A stretch of 64,000 nt of DNA, taken from contig JAYWCB010000010.1 of assembly GCA_043780835.1 (NCBI GenBank), positions 2,845 through 66,844 on the forward strand, read 5' to 3'. The notes beneath the pieces are model-generated. The model had not been told where the DNA came from. It ran no database searches and saw only the letters and a list, made by a program, of their open reading frames with translations. How positions within the stretch are numbered: position 1 is the stretch's first letter; the number at the start of each line of letters is the position of its first letter. The position numbers and the translations under genes are program-made. This stretch comes from Minisyncoccota bacterium. Its GTDB lineage: Bacteria > Patescibacteriota > Minisyncoccia > Phycocordibacterales > UBA2100. Shown one piece after another: positions 38,211 to 48,124 of this stretch.

Positions 38211-40235
38211 CTATTTGGAAACCGTTGCATTTGCCGGCAAGAATCCCGCATCGGGGTTTACCGTGAATCCGTTCGACGACTTACCAATTTGGCCGAGATT
38301 GGTCGTCACATCGGGCGTTGCTTTGCGCGTTACGATCGCGCCGGTTGCCTCATCGGTACCGGTCAACGTAACGTTTTGCACCAGTACCGGCTGCTCTCCG
38401 ATTTGACTGGTCGACGGAGTAAATCCGACAGAAATCGCGATTTGCCGGGGCTGCGTGCCGTTTTCTCCTGCGCCAGGTGCGATATCGCCGAGATCCCACG
38501 TAAACGTGCCGTCGTATTGATTGAACGTGAGATTTTCCGTGCGGGGCGCGTGTGACCCGATCCATCGCACGTATGAAGGTAATTTTGCTTTCACCTTTGC
38601 GTTTGTGAGCTTGCTCGACGTGTTTGTAATAGTGAACACGAGTGCTAATTGTGTTTCGGTGCCGGCTTTCGGCGGCATCGGACCGGACACCCCAAACGGA
38701 TTTTGGGTGTAGAGCGCTTGTGCCGCGAGCTGGAGATCCGTAGCGAGCCGCACCTGCGCGCGGGCTGATGATTGCAAATTTTGCGGCACTCCGGTTTCCG
38801 ATAATCGTTTCCCTGCCGCGTTCACACTAATGTCGATTTTCGGATCCGCCGTTGCAGTTTTTGGCTCGGGCATTTTAAATGAAAACGAGACGGTTCCTTT
38901 TTTCCCGGGAGGAAGCGTGCCGAGATCTCCTGCGGTAGATGTTTTATCCCATATCACCGTGTCGTCGGACGATCGATAGAACCCGTCATTTACCCGAACA
39001 CTTTCGCCATTCACGAGCAGTCCGTTGAGACGCGCCACGATCACCGCGTCGTTAATTTCAACCGTGAGATTATTTTGATACTCGATCGTAACCGTTACCG
39101 TCGTGCCCGGCTCTGCGATCGGGAGGTTCATTTTAGGTTGTGTTTCGAAATCGCTCGGCGTCGTCGTTGATTGACTCGAGTTTGTAATAATAGAAAGGCC
39201 AAGAAATGCCTGCGCAATTTTCATCTCATATGAGTTGTCGGCGAGTTTCGTCGAAACGCCGGATGATGTTGCGGTGCGCGTGCCCGCCGAAATGCGAAAC
39301 ACTCGCTTGTCTCCCTGCTCCCCCGCAAGCGTTCCCTGTACAAGAATTGATTTACGCTGGCCCGGCGCAAAATCCCCGAGTGTCCACGTGGTACCTCGTG
39401 CGGGCTCCGGCGTCGCACTCGAAAATTTAAATCCAAACGGGTAAGTCATATCCAGTACCACGTCGCGCAATGGCGCACTCGCGTTTGATGCGACACTCAC
39501 GGTGAACTGCACCGGTTGACCGGATGTGGTTTGGGAATTCCCGTCTACAGAAATAGAAAGTGGCGATGATGTAAACGTGAGTCCATAATCCTGATTCGCA
39601 ACGAAAATAGCGCTCGATCCCTGCACGCGGTATTCAAGCTCGACTTTCACGTTTGCATTCTGTCCGCTCGCGCCGGCAAAAACGGCCGAAATCGTACCCT
39701 GGCGCCGCCCTCCCGGTTCGATAGTGCCGAGCGATTGTCTGAGACTCGGCATGTCGGTGGCAAAATCAGCGACAGAGCGCGTCCCTTGCGGGAATGTCAC
39801 CAACAGATCAGCGAGCTCAAGCGGAACGCGATTTCGATTTACTACGGTGATCTGTAACTCAACCGGTTCGCCGCCCGCAATTTGCGGCGGTCCTGAGACC
39901 GAAATATCAATATTCCCCGGATTTGCAGGATGACTGCCTCCGCCGAACAAAAAATAATATCCAAAGAAACCGGCGGCCGCGACGAAAAATAATACCGAGA
40001 TCACGAGGAACCATTTTAAAATCGCACGGGTTGTACCGATGAATCGTGGTGCGACACGCATTTTATCGAGCTCCGGCTCCTGTGTTTTCCAGTCATCGCC
40101 GACAATTTCGCGATCGTGTTCAAGCTCGCGACGAGGTCGCTCGTGAAGTTGGCCGGAAAGTTTCCGCGAATACATCGCTCGACGCAATTGTTCGATTCGC
40201 TCCTTGTCGTGCTCCGAGGGTTCCATCACGACCAT
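38211..40235 (-). CDS. large membrane-anchored extracellular protein (beta-rich, Ig-like repeats probable)
   Basis: N-terminal cytoplasmic segment, single TM FLVISVLFFVAAAGFFGYYFLF, then about 600 aa rich in T/S/G/V. Confidence 0.45.
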   Translation of the reverse strand: MVVMEPSEHDKERIEQLRRAMYSRKLSGQLHERPRRELEHDREIVGDDWKTQEPELDKMRVAPRFIGTTRAILKWFLVISVLFFVAAAGFFGYYFLFGGGSHPANPGNIDISVSGPPQIAGGEPVELQITVVNRNRVPLELADLLVTFPQGTRSVADFATDMPSLRQSLGTIEPGGRRQGTISAVFAGASGQNANVKVELEYRVQGSSAIFVANQDYGLTFTSSPLSISVDGNSQTTSGQPVQFTVSVASNASAPLRDVVLDMTYPFGFKFSSATPEPARGTTWTLGDFAPGQRKSILVQGTLAGEQGDKRVFRISAGTRTATSSGVSTKLADNSYEMKIAQAFLGLSIITNSSQSTTTPSDFETQPKMNLPIAEPGTTVTVTIEYQNNLTVEINDAVIVARLNGLLVNGESVRVNDGFYRSSDDTVIWDKTSTAGDLGTLPPGKKGTVSFSFKMPEPKTATADPKIDISVNAAGKRLSETGVPQNLQSSARAQVRLATDLQLAAQALYTQNPFGVSGPMPPKAGTETQLALVFTITNTSSKLTNAKVKAKLPSYVRWIGSHAPRTENLTFNQYDGTFTWDLGDIAPGAGENGTQPRQIAISVGFTPSTSQIGEQPVLVQNVTLTGTDEATGAIVTRKATPDVTTNLGQIGKSSNGFTVNPDAGFLPANATVSK

Positions 40236-40281
40236 TCTATCATTGTGTCGTCCTTGACTCGGTGCTGTTCCCGAGATTTGA

Positions 40282-40572
40282 TTGATCCCAGTGCGTTTAG
40301 AGTGCGTATCAAAACAACCGTTATTCCCGGGAGGACATCAAATGATTGTGACAGTGCGGGTCAAATGTCCAAAACATAGGACACTCGAACGAAAAGTGGA
40401 CGAAATGGATTTCGAAATCAAAGGGCCGTTTTATACCGGCAACGTGATTTCATTCCTCGCGGGTATTACCGGGCAGATCGTTGCGAAGCTTTCCAATGAA
40501 TACATTGAAGTGGAGGTCACGCCGTCCGACTACTCGAAATGCAAGGAAAGCGGTTTTGAACCGATCTTTTGA
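40282..40572 (+). CDS. hypothetical small protein
   Basis: ORF followed by the hairpin terminator at 40583. Confidence 0.3.
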   Translation: MIPVRLECVSKQPLFPGGHQMIVTVRVKCPKHRTLERKVDEMDFEIKGPFYTGNVISFLAGITGQIVAKLSNEYIEVEVTPSDYSKCKESGFEPIF

Positions 40573-40582
40573 TGCATTGAAC

Positions 40583-40604
40583 TAGCCGCCTCAAAAGGCG
40601 GCTA
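40583..40604. terminator. bidirectional hairpin terminator (tagccgcctcaaaaggcggcta)
   Basis: Between convergent genes. Confidence 0.55.
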
Positions 40605-40609
40605 TTCTC

Positions 40610-42424
40610 TTAGTCTTCGCGCTCGTATAAGAGGTCGTCGGGCAGACGGAACAGCCCTTCATCGTTTCGCTTTTGTTCGATGAAATGAGAAATGAATCCC
40701 ACCGTACGTGGAATGATAAACAGTGCATTGAAAAATTCCGCGTCGAGCAGTTCGCCTATCTCCTGGTTGGAGTACCCGTCCTTTTCCTGCAAGAGATCGA
40801 GTACGAGTGCCGCCATGACGCCGTCAACATTTAAAATAAGATTACCGTTTTTTGCAGTCGTCACGGATTCAATGGCACGAGCAAAATCGTAGTGCGGATG
40901 TCGAGAAAGCAGTTCTGCAAATTCTGAGAGTGCTGCCACGCGCGGATCAGGAATACCGACCCGATATTTTCTATGACCGATCCCGGAGAGCAACTGCCCT
41001 GCCTTATTTTTTGCTTCCACATACGCGGCAGCGTCGGCGGCTGATGTCATGCCGTCGTGCCAACACCGTGCCGCATCGTTCACCGCGCCGCCAAAGCGCG
41101 GACCAACGGTCAGGAGTCCGGAGACCAGCGAAGAAACCATATCTTTCCCTGCGCGCGCGGTCACCATAGTGTTTACCGCGCCGGACACATGACCACCGTG
41201 ATCAATCAGAAGTTCAAATATATTTTCTACACATGCGGCTGTTTCTGCAGACACGGTGCGGCCGAGCAACGCCTTAAGAGCCGCAGCGGCAAATGCGTTT
41301 TCAGGCTGCTTCGTGAGCGTCCCACCCTTTACAAAAACCGGAACCGCATCGAGGTCGACTATTTTACGCGATGAAAGAATACTTGGTTTCCGTTCCATAA
41401 ACACCTTCGTATCAATGACCGTATCATGAATGAGTGGGAGCGAAATCTCGGCGAGCGCATGCAGAAAAAGAGGAAAGGTTTCCGGCGCGATCGCACCCGC
41501 ACTATTGAGCGCGTCACGTTTTGCACGCGCGCTTTCATCCTTTCTCGCAACAAGTGCCTTTGCATGCCCGAATTGCATTCGCTCATCAAATGCTTCGTCT
41601 ATGATTCCGGCAATGTAACAAATGATGGGTTTCGTGAGCTGTTTTGATTTCAGTAGTTCAACGATTTCATATTCGTCTGCGCCACCGAGTTCGCCAAAAT
41701 ACACAATCGCCTTTGTGGCGGGATCAGATTCTGCCAGTGCGAGAACCTGTGAAAGTGCCGTGACCGGAAACCGGTCGCCACCGATCGAGAGAGAAAACGA
41801 CACGCGCTTCCCTGCCTGCACTACGGCGCGAATCAGCTCATTGGTCATACCTCCGGATGTAGACACGACCGCAACAGATCCTTCGGTTGCAAGTTTCCCC
41901 GCTTCGATTTGTGCCACATCTGTACCGCCGATCGCACCAAGTTTTAAGTATTTTGGAACGAGTAATCCCACGCCGGATGATCCGGCGATAAGATAGTTCG
42001 CCCCAAATTTCGCAATGAGCTCGGTCGCGTGATTTTCAGGTACGTTTTCAGCAAAGAGATGTCCGCCGAGTGCATCAGGAAACGCAGAAAAGAAACCGAT
42101 TGTTGAGGCGAGGGTGCGACGTCCTGACAGGGCGTTGAGCATCCATTGCACGCGAGCATGCGATGCTTTCGGGACATGCGCATAGTCGCGATAGCATGGG
42201 ATCAGAATCTCTGATGTGCCGAAAAAGAATTTCTGAGCTTTTCGCGTGCCGGAAATGATCCCGATAATAGACGGACGAGATTTGCCTGAAAGCGCATCGA
42301 AATCAAGTATGGACTGCACAATTCCCGGATGATTTCCGACGACGAGAATCCCGTCTGCTCCACTTCGTATTCGTTCAATGAGCGTCATATTATTGAATGA
42401 AAACAATAGCTTCTTCCACTGCAC
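40610..42424 (-). CDS. aclA: ATP-citrate lyase large subunit-like (CoA-binding/CoA-ligase + citrate-synthase-like C-terminal domain)
   Basis: Succinyl-CoA-synthetase-alpha-like N-terminal half. C-terminal GIGHRKYRVGIPDPRV matches the citrate synthase/ACLY GIGHRVKS…NPDMRV motif. Confidence 0.6.
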   Translation of the reverse strand: MQWKKLLFSFNNMTLIERIRSGADGILVVGNHPGIVQSILDFDALSGKSRPSIIGIISGTRKAQKFFFGTSEILIPCYRDYAHVPKASHARVQWMLNALSGRRTLASTIGFFSAFPDALGGHLFAENVPENHATELIAKFGANYLIAGSSGVGLLVPKYLKLGAIGGTDVAQIEAGKLATEGSVAVVSTSGGMTNELIRAVVQAGKRVSFSLSIGGDRFPVTALSQVLALAESDPATKAIVYFGELGGADEYEIVELLKSKQLTKPIICYIAGIIDEAFDERMQFGHAKALVARKDESARAKRDALNSAGAIAPETFPLFLHALAEISLPLIHDTVIDTKVFMERKPSILSSRKIVDLDAVPVFVKGGTLTKQPENAFAAAALKALLGRTVSAETAACVENIFELLIDHGGHVSGAVNTMVTARAGKDMVSSLVSGLLTVGPRFGGAVNDAARCWHDGMTSAADAAAYVEAKNKAGQLLSGIGHRKYRVGIPDPRVAALSEFAELLSRHPHYDFARAIESVTTAKNGNLILNVDGVMAALVLDLLQEKDGYSNQEIGELLDAEFFNALFIIPRTVGFISHFIEQKRNDEGLFRLPDDLLYERED

Positions 42425-43538
42425 GCGTGATCACATCATCAGAGCCATGTACCGAGCCAAAAAGTCTCTCTTTTTCCAAAAAAGATTTCATAAGGGACAG
42501 ACCAGCCGCTTCATTAGGTCCGCCGCGTCGCACAAACACGCGAATTCCCTGTTCCCTTAATGGCGCTGCGACTTCCGAAAGCGCATCGATAATGCCCAGA
42601 AACGTCTTTTTTACGTCGGTGAAATTGGCAACGCCGCCGGCAATCACGAGTGCTTTTTTGGGCGCCTCAGATGCAAGGAGGAGCGAGAGGATTTCTTTTG
42701 CATATAAATACGTCTCCTCGCGCGTTGGTCCACCGCTGTATTCGCCGTAGTTGGCAAGGAGCGATCCCGCACCCTGCAATTGCACTTCATCGGCGATGAC
42801 GATGGATCCACCGCCGCCGGAGAGCAGGAAAAAGAGGGCGCCGTTCGGATTGATTACCGAGAGCTTCAGCGACGCGGGGGTTGTTGCGGCAAGAGCTTCA
42901 ACGCGACTTTCTGCCGGATGTTTTGCTTTTTGTTTGATGACATCGGAATCAGTCCACGAATCTCGCAGGAAAAATTCGCCCGCACTGTCGACGAGCGCCG
43001 CCGCATCGAGCAAAACTGCGGATCCATTTAAAACGACGAGCGGATTGATTTCGAGAAATGCAAAAAATTCTTTTTCGAACGCATCACCCACGCGCGCAAA
43101 AAACGCTTCCGGTATACCGGTCGACGATGCGATTGACGCCACGTCTTCTTTTTTTGTAAGCATGTATGTATGCACCGCTTCGGGATGCGCTTCGATATCG
43201 ACGCCTCCGTCTTTTGCGTGCAAAACGCGAATTCCGTCCCGCACACGCTCAAATGATATGTATTGATCGAGGGTCGCATCGTGATCCATGTATGGGTCGA
43301 GCAAGAATTGCGTGAATCCTTTTTCCTCCCACGCCGCTATCGCAGATTTAATTTCTGCGTCGCTTTTATCCACCACAAGAAGCCCCTGCTTGAAGCGCTT
43401 CTTGATCCCTTGATCCACCTTTGCGACCCACCGCCCCGCTGGAATAGAAATCGCTCCTGTGTGCAATTGCACACCGGTATACGAATCTCCGAGAAGGATT
43501 TTCTTCGCCTTATATTCGCTGAGCTTTACACGCGCCAT
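42390..43538 (-). CDS. aclB: ATP-citrate lyase small subunit-like (ATP-grasp, SucC-like)
   Basis: MARVKLSEYKAKKIL… SucC/AclB-type N-terminus. Overlaps aclA by 35 nt. Confidence 0.6.
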   Translation of the reverse strand: MARVKLSEYKAKKILLGDSYTGVQLHTGAISIPAGRWVAKVDQGIKKRFKQGLLVVDKSDAEIKSAIAAWEEKGFTQFLLDPYMDHDATLDQYISFERVRDGIRVLHAKDGGVDIEAHPEAVHTYMLTKKEDVASIASSTGIPEAFFARVGDAFEKEFFAFLEINPLVVLNGSAVLLDAAALVDSAGEFFLRDSWTDSDVIKQKAKHPAESRVEALAATTPASLKLSVINPNGALFFLLSGGGGSIVIADEVQLQGAGSLLANYGEYSGGPTREETYLYAKEILSLLLASEAPKKALVIAGGVANFTDVKKTFLGIIDALSEVAAPLREQGIRVFVRRGGPNEAAGLSLMKSFLEKERLFGSVHGSDDVITRAVEEAIVFIQ

Positions 43539-43540
43539 AT

Positions 43541-43978
43541 TTATAGCTTGAGCCTGTACGGATTTGTTTCTTTGAGTTCGAATCCTAGTTTTTGATACAG
43601 TTTGTTCGCTGCAACACGCGACGGCCGGGACGTGAGCGCTATCGAAACAGCTCCAAAAGACTTTGCGAGCTCTATCGTTTTGGATACGAGCTGCTCTCCA
43701 AGACCCTGTCCTCTATACGCACTGCTCACGACAACATCCTCAAGGTGAGAAACAAGCTTGCCCACTTTGGGCATTACATAGAGCGTAGCGACACCAATGA
43801 TCGTGTCGTCGTCATTGACCGTAACCATGATGATATTCTTTTCCTGCAATAACACCTGAACTCTTTCGAGGGTAGCCTTAGGAATATTTTCAGAATCGGG
43901 GCTCAATTCTTGCATCAATAGATTGAGCTGCTCAACGCCATCAGGCGTGATGGACGTACGACGCGAAATGGTAATCAT
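43541..43978 (-). CDS. GNAT family N-acetyltransferase
   Basis: …VVSSAYRGQGLGEQLV… acetyl-CoA-binding motif A. Confidence 0.7.
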   Translation of the reverse strand: MITISRRTSITPDGVEQLNLLMQELSPDSENIPKATLERVQVLLQEKNIIMVTVNDDDTIIGVATLYVMPKVGKLVSHLEDVVVSSAYRGQGLGEQLVSKTIELAKSFGAVSIALTSRPSRVAANKLYQKLGFELKETNPYRLKL

Positions 43979-44077
43979 TGCTCGAGAGTACCGTTAGAGT
44001 GGCGTCCGTGCAATCTGCAGTTTCTATATACAAGGCCGCAGCAGTGCTGCGGCCTTTCTTTACGGACAGAACAATTC

Positions 44078-44227
44078 TATTTCTTCTTCGTTTGAGCCTG
44101 CTTGCGTTTCTCGGCCTCTTCCCGTTCAGCGCGCTTATCACCTTCCGGTGAATGACGCTTTACCATTCCTTCGCCTGCGGCGCGCACAATATCCGGGTCT
44201 TCAGACGTTGATTTCTTATTTCCCATG
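44078..44227 (-). CDS. small Lys/Glu-rich protein (49 aa)
   Basis: Manual translation gives MGNKKSTSEDPDIVRAAGEGMVKRHSPEGDKRAEREEAEKRKQAQTKKK. Confidence 0.3.
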
Positions 44228-44302
44228 ATCTCCTCCTTGGTTCGTGGGGTAGGTCAAACGGTACACCCGTTGCATCCATCGTCAATATGCAAAGATACGC
44301 AC

Positions 44303-44875
44303 TTAGAGATGTGTCTCAGCGATCGCACGATTGATCGACTTCAGCATTATTTCTTTCAGAATTTCGGCTTCCTGCATGTGGTCGCTTCCGTACTGTGTGT
44401 GTGTGAAAAGAGTTGTTTTGAGCGCTTCTGCCGACACGTACCCGAGCGCAAAGAGCACGCGGGCAACGGAGACAATTTCGATCGTGGGAATCGCGAGGAC
44501 CTCGGTGCTCATCAGGACGCGATGCGCTTCGGCAAGCACATCGAAGAGGTATTCGTTCTTTTCTTCACCCGCGACCACTCTGAGCGTCAACTCAGAAATG
44601 CGCGCAAACGCTGAAATCCCGGAGACCGATCCCGTGGGAAGTGAGCGCGCACTCGCCCCCGCCATCCGCCATCCGCGCTTCCCTTTTACGAGCGACGTCA
44701 TGGAGCAGCTGTACAATTGAGATGCGTAGCGCATTTTTGAATGTTCCGAACGGACTGCACTCGCACGTGCACGCACTAATCCGAAATCACGCGTCATGAG
44801 TGCGAGGGTTCGATCTGCTTCTCCGCGCTCGGAACTGCCGAGCACGATCGCTTCCGTGTGATATTTCTGATACAT
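44303..44875 (-). CDS. recO: DNA repair protein RecO-like
   Basis: N-terminal OB-fold-like EAIVLGSSERGEADRTLALMTRDFGLVRARA… Weak similarity. Confidence 0.45.
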   Translation of the reverse strand: MYQKYHTEAIVLGSSERGEADRTLALMTRDFGLVRARASAVRSEHSKMRYASQLYSCSMTSLVKGKRGWRMAGASARSLPTGSVSGISAFARISELTLRVVAGEEKNEYLFDVLAEAHRVLMSTEVLAIPTIEIVSVARVLFALGYVSAEALKTTLFTHTQYGSDHMQEAEILKEIMLKSINRAIAETHL

Positions 44876-44883
44876 CGGATTGT

Positions 44884-47778
44884 TTATCGCTCTAGTGTGA
44901 CTCGCTTTTTGTCGGCCTCGGCGAATCGGAGTGCGTCGACCTTCGTAGATACCTGCAGTTCTACGGCGTATTTTTTTAAAATAACTATTTCATCGGGCAT
45001 TGCTTCAATGAGCGCACCCGCGATGACGTCTGTAGGTGCGAGCTCCGAATCTTTTCGTGCGCCCTGCAACAAGCGTCTCACTTCGCGCACAAGCCCCTCT
45101 TCCAGCAGTGCCTCGGTGACGACCGTATCGAGCTTTACGCCCGGCTCGTCCATAAAAATTACCTCTTTTACGTTGACCTCGTCTTTTATCAAATCGAGAT
45201 GTTCTTGAATACCAGGTGTATCACGCGCATACAGATCAGTTTGACCGATATGGAGTGCAGCAAGAGGTTGTCGCACATTGAGCTTGAGCACCTCTCGCTC
45301 TTTCAGCGCATTTGAAACAATGAGGCGTGTTGCAAACATGCGCGTGAGTTCTTGCGCAGCATTTGTATCGTGCGGTAGGATTTCCGGCCACATCGACAAA
45401 TGCACACTTTCTTCGTCTTCTTCCTCGCGCACTGCCCGGAATAAATACTCCGCATAAAACGGCATCGCAGGCGCCATTACACGCGCGAGCGTGTGTAACA
45501 CATACCGAAGCGTTGCGAGCGCGACGGTCTTGTCGCTACCCGCAACCTTGAAACGCTCGCGAGAGCGTCGCAGATACCATACGGAAAGATCGTCGATAAA
45601 CTGCGCGAGCGGACGCGTGGCGGTATCAAGCTCGTATGTTTCGTATCCGTCGGTACTCTCCCCCACGAGCGCATTCACGCGCGCCACGATCCACCGATCA
45701 AGCACGTGCGCACTCTTAAAGTCGCGCACCGTGCCATCGGCATAGAGATTGTAGAACTCGAGCACGTTGTTGAGTCGCCCGATATTTTTCTTTACGATTT
45801 CGTCAACACCTTTTTCTGAAAACATCAGGTTTTCGGCCTGCATGACCGGTGACGTGAGGAGATAGAATCGAAGCGCATCCGCGCCATATTTGTTTACGAC
45901 TTCCATTGGATCGGGATAGTTCTTCAGCTTCTTCGCCATCTTCTTACCATCTTCGGCGAGCACGATGCCGTTGACGATGACGTTTTGAAACGCGTTCTTT
46001 TCGAGCAGTGCTCCACCGAGTACGTGCAGGTAGTAGAACCACGCACGCGTTTGATCGAGCCCTTCCGCAATAAACTGCGCGGGAAACGCAGCATCAAACT
46101 TTTCTTTATTCTCAAACGGATAGTGGCGTTCCCCGTATGGCATAGAGCCTGAATCAAACCACGTGTCGAGCACGTCGGGGACACGCTTCATCGTACCGCC
46201 GCAGCTGCACGCAACGGTGATCCCATCGACGACGTGCTTATGGAGATCATCGACTGTTTTCCCGCTCGCCTCTTCGAGTTCGGTCGCACTGCCGAAAACT
46301 TGTTTTTCTTTACAGTCCACGCATACCCAAATTGGCATGACGCTCGCCCAAAAGCGCTGACGACTGATTGACCAATCGCGCGCGCCGCTCAGCCACATTC
46401 CGAAACGGCCTTCTTTGATGTGCTCAGGTGACCACGAAATATTCTCGGCATTTTGGAGAAGATTCGGCTTGATGCCGGTCACATTTACAAACCACGACGA
46501 GGTCGCGTAGTTCAAGAGTGGCGTGTCGCACCGCCAGCAATGAGGATACGGGTGTACGATATTCTCTTTCGAGAAAAACGTACCGTACTCCTGCAGATAT
46601 TTCAAAACAGCGATGTCGGTACCGAGACGCACCTTATCATCGTCGGAATTCGGTTTTACTTCCATGCCTGCAAACGCGGTGACCTCGGGCTTCATCGTGC
46701 CGTCGAAATTCACATGCTGCACAAAAGGAAGGTTTACCTGCTTGAGTAGTTCCCAGTCGTCGGCACCGAATGCGGGGGCCTCATGCGCAATGCCCGTACC
46801 ACTGTCTGCAGTAACAAAATCTGCGTGATACACCTTCCACCCGTTTTCACGATTCTTTAACGTCTCGTCTTTGCTGTAGTAGTCGAACGGCGGCTCATAT
46901 TCGAGACCAATAATCTCAGAAGCACTGATCGGCCGGACGATTGAGGATGGTTCAGGAATAGGGCTTTTATCTCGTATTTGCGCAACGATAAAATTGTCCC
47001 CCTCTTTCTCAATCAGCACATATGGAATATCCTTCCCGACAGCGAGTGCCACGTTACCCGGTAGCGTCCAGGGAGTCGTGGTCCATGCGAGAAAATATGT
47101 ATTTTCAGGAAATCCGTGTTTCTCCGGATCTTTCATCTTGAACTTCACCGTCACCGAAATGTCTTTTACTTCTTTGTACCCCTCACTCACCTCTTGTTGA
47201 GAGAGTGTGGTTTCGCAGCGCGGGCAAATATGCATCGAGCGATAATCTTCGTACACGAGTCCTTTGTCGTAGATCGTTTTAAAAACCCACCACACGCTCT
47301 CCATAAAATCCTTATCCATTGTGCGGTACGCATGCTCCATGTCTGCCCATCTGCCGATACGCGGAATAATCTTTTCCCATTCATGCGCGTATGTGAGCAC
47401 CATTTCGCGGCATCGTTCGTTGAACTTCGCAACGCCGTACGCCTTGATGTCTTTCTTATGTTTAAAGCCGAGCTCTTTCTCGACGATGTTTTCAATCGGA
47501 AGGCCGTGACAATCCCATCCCCAACGGCGAGGCACATGATAGCCGCGCATCGTCCAGTAGCGAGGCACCACGTCCTTGATTACCGAAGCAACGATGTGGC
47601 CGTAATGCGGTAGGCCGGTTGCAAAGGGTGGGCCGTCATAAAATACGTAGTCGCCCTTCGGTGCGTCTTGCGCAAGCGACTTCTCGAAAATCTTGTTTTC
47701 ATTCCAAAAAGCGAGGATATCTTCCTCCCGCTTGGCGACTGATGATTTATCGACGTTTTCAGCCAGCTTTTTGTCCAT
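44884..47778 (-). CDS. ileS: isoleucyl-tRNA synthetase
   Basis: HIGH-type GLPHYGHIVA, KMSKS-type (KKMAKKLKN), CP1 editing domain. Start taken at MDKKLAENV. Confidence 0.9.
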   Translation of the reverse strand: MDKKLAENVDKSSVAKREEDILAFWNENKIFEKSLAQDAPKGDYVFYDGPPFATGLPHYGHIVASVIKDVVPRYWTMRGYHVPRRWGWDCHGLPIENIVEKELGFKHKKDIKAYGVAKFNERCREMVLTYAHEWEKIIPRIGRWADMEHAYRTMDKDFMESVWWVFKTIYDKGLVYEDYRSMHICPRCETTLSQQEVSEGYKEVKDISVTVKFKMKDPEKHGFPENTYFLAWTTTPWTLPGNVALAVGKDIPYVLIEKEGDNFIVAQIRDKSPIPEPSSIVRPISASEIIGLEYEPPFDYYSKDETLKNRENGWKVYHADFVTADSGTGIAHEAPAFGADDWELLKQVNLPFVQHVNFDGTMKPEVTAFAGMEVKPNSDDDKVRLGTDIAVLKYLQEYGTFFSKENIVHPYPHCWRCDTPLLNYATSSWFVNVTGIKPNLLQNAENISWSPEHIKEGRFGMWLSGARDWSISRQRFWASVMPIWVCVDCKEKQVFGSATELEEASGKTVDDLHKHVVDGITVACSCGGTMKRVPDVLDTWFDSGSMPYGERHYPFENKEKFDAAFPAQFIAEGLDQTRAWFYYLHVLGGALLEKNAFQNVIVNGIVLAEDGKKMAKKLKNYPDPMEVVNKYGADALRFYLLTSPVMQAENLMFSEKGVDEIVKKNIGRLNNVLEFYNLYADGTVRDFKSAHVLDRWIVARVNALVGESTDGYETYELDTATRPLAQFIDDLSVWYLRRSRERFKVAGSDKTVALATLRYVLHTLARVMAPAMPFYAEYLFRAVREEEDEESVHLSMWPEILPHDTNAAQELTRMFATRLIVSNALKEREVLKLNVRQPLAALHIGQTDLYARDTPGIQEHLDLIKDEVNVKEVIFMDEPGVKLDTVVTEALLEEGLVREVRRLLQGARKDSELAPTDVIAGALIEAMPDEIVILKKYAVELQVSTKVDALRFAEADKKRVTLER

Positions 47779-47791
47779 ATGGGTGTCATCG

Positions 47792-47830
47792 TAACAAAAA
47801 ACGAAGCCCGGTGCGAAAAGTCGCACCGGG
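47792..47830 (-). terminator. hairpin plus U-tract about 12 nt upstream of the ileS start (attenuator, or terminator of the upstream small ORF)
   Basis: Minus-sense cccggtgcgacttttcgcaccggg followed by cttcgttttttgtt. Confidence 0.5.
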
Positions 47831-47859
47831 TCGATTGAGAACAGGGTCCTCATACAAAT

Positions 47860-48042
47860 TCAGATCGTAGAAAAACGGCACTCATTCCTGACACGGACTG
47901 GCTTGTCTCTGGCATGTGCGGCGATGAAATCGTCGTACGCGTGACGATCTTCGCAGACCGTCTCGATGGCCTTGCTTCCGACAAGCAAAAATACAGCTCT
48001 GGGGAATTGCAGCGAACTCGCATCGACAGCAATCTGTTGCAT
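47860..48042 (-). CDS. small protein (60 aa) with consensus RBS
   Basis: GGGAGG 7 nt upstream of the ATG. Confidence 0.35.
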   Translation of the reverse strand: MQQIAVDASSLQFPRAVFLLVGSKAIETVCEDRHAYDDFIAAHARDKPVRVRNECRFSTI

Positions 48043-48124
48043 TTTTTCCTCCCGATTCAGAACACAGAGGTAATTCCTCTGCCGTATAAAAGCGTATCAA
48101 GCCCCGCAGTACGCGCAAGTGCTC

